From assembly GCF_001194135.2 (NCBI RefSeq), contig NC_068990.1:32284588-32348587 (forward strand): a stretch of 64,000 bases of DNA, given 5' to 3'. The DNA is from Octopus bimaculoides (taxonomy: Eukaryota). Below, one piece after another: positions 62,773 to 64,000 of the stretch. The position numbers were made by a program, and so were the translations under genes. The notes below the pieces were generated by a model that ran no database searches, was not told where the DNA came from, and saw only the letters and a program-made list of their open reading frames with translations. Every line of letters begins with the position of its first letter. Positions within the stretch are counted from its first letter, which is position 1.

Positions 62773-63552
62773 AATCTTGTAGATATGCTTCTTTGCTCTT
62801 ATGTGTACTGTATATTGTAGATGTTTCTTGAGATCATCTCATCATCATTTTAACTTCCTCTTTTCTATGCCCATTCCAAGTCACAGCTTAATTTTATATC
62901 TATTCTGTGTTTTCCATTTTTTTCTGTTTTTCAAGTAATGACAGAATGAAATATCAGCTTCAAATGCATGAATGCACACACATCCCCCCCCCACACATTT
63001 AAACATATTTAATGAGTTAGAAAATCTAGTTATATTAGACCTAAAAAGATGTCAACTGTATGATCTATCATAATTACTATCCTTCATCCAAACATATCCT
63101 TAACATATGACTGCATGTCACAGGTGGACCCTTCTTGTTAGAGTTGGGAAATACTTCAGTCCATGACAGCTATTAACTCCTGCTGCAAAACTTAGTTGAG
63201 TCCTACAGTGGAGTACTGATCTTTCATCTTTAACACAGCTCTTGCTGGCACAAACATTCATATATATTATGCTAACAAATATCAGGTGTTACAGTTTACA
63301 CCTACCTGTGTCAGTGACATGGTGGTTATTACAGCAATTCTAGTTACACTGAAGTAACAATGAATGAACAAGTGTCACTACAGTCACACTTGTCAAGCAT
63401 TATCACACTACTCTGGTCAGACTGACTAATGTTACGTTTCATGTTTCAATGATAAATATTACCTGTCATATCATGTCACAGAGAAAGATATCCCAGTAAT
63501 TACATATGTGACTTCTAACAAAACAACCACAACAACAGCAACAAACAAAATA

Positions 63553-63782
63553 TTAACCCTTTTGTTACTGTATTTATTTTGAGATGCTCTGTGTTTCTTT
63601 CAACTATTTTAAATGTAACAATGAATTTAGAAAAATAACTTAGTTATCATTAAGCTAGTGTTAGGAACATAAATTGTGACTAATGTTTGGTGGAAGATTT
63701 TAATTCAAAACTTAAAGAAAACAAGACATTTGTACTACAGAGCCAGAGCTGGTTTCAGCCGGGTTGGTAACGAAAGGGTTAA
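63553..63782. mobile_element. TTAA-flanked MITE, second family
   Basis: TTAA-CCCTTTTGTTACT ... GGTAACGAAAGGG-TTAA (13-bp imperfect TIR). Confidence 0.8.
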
Positions 63783-64000
63783 ATATGAAATTGTGAGTTA
63801 TGACTTCATCGCATATTTTCTGTTTTCAATTATATTGCTCTTTATTGTTCATATTTAATCCACATTATTAATTCACAACGAGTATTTCTAATTTTATAGT
63901 TAACATTTCTCTAATTTATATCATGTGGCTGGTTATGTCTGGAAACTGTTATATTTCTGCATCTATCTTCTGAAGTTACCTTTGTAACTAGTGCACATTC

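Overview
AT-rich, microsatellite-dense animal DNA with about a dozen N-gaps. The repeat families and protein sequence suggest a cephalopod, probably Octopus (inference, not database-confirmed). The only host gene I can support is RIC1 (RAB6A-GEF complex subunit, KIAA1432 homolog) on the + strand: three phase-compatible GT-AG coding exons (28804-28890, 47797-47881, 59537-59777) separated by introns of about 19 kb and 12 kb. The rest is intronic: several tRNA-headed SINE families (one with a CORE domain), RTE-clade and CRE-like LINE fragments, a dead mariner with both TIRs, TTAA-flanked piggyBac-type MITEs, and simple repeats. Nearly all ORFs in the supplied track are artefacts of repeats or gaps. 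The most notable signal is a set of minimal type I hammerhead ribozyme (HHR) motifs of the kind associated with Penelope-like elements. Five have a recognisable full core (9662, 26454, 30416, 37437 on the minus strand, 37515), one of them with an apparent compensatory A3-U8 pair in place of C3-G8. Two foldback inserts carry a divergent HHR-like motif in each arm, one intact and one decayed. All structures were paired by eye; no folding, BLAST or covariance-model search was run.
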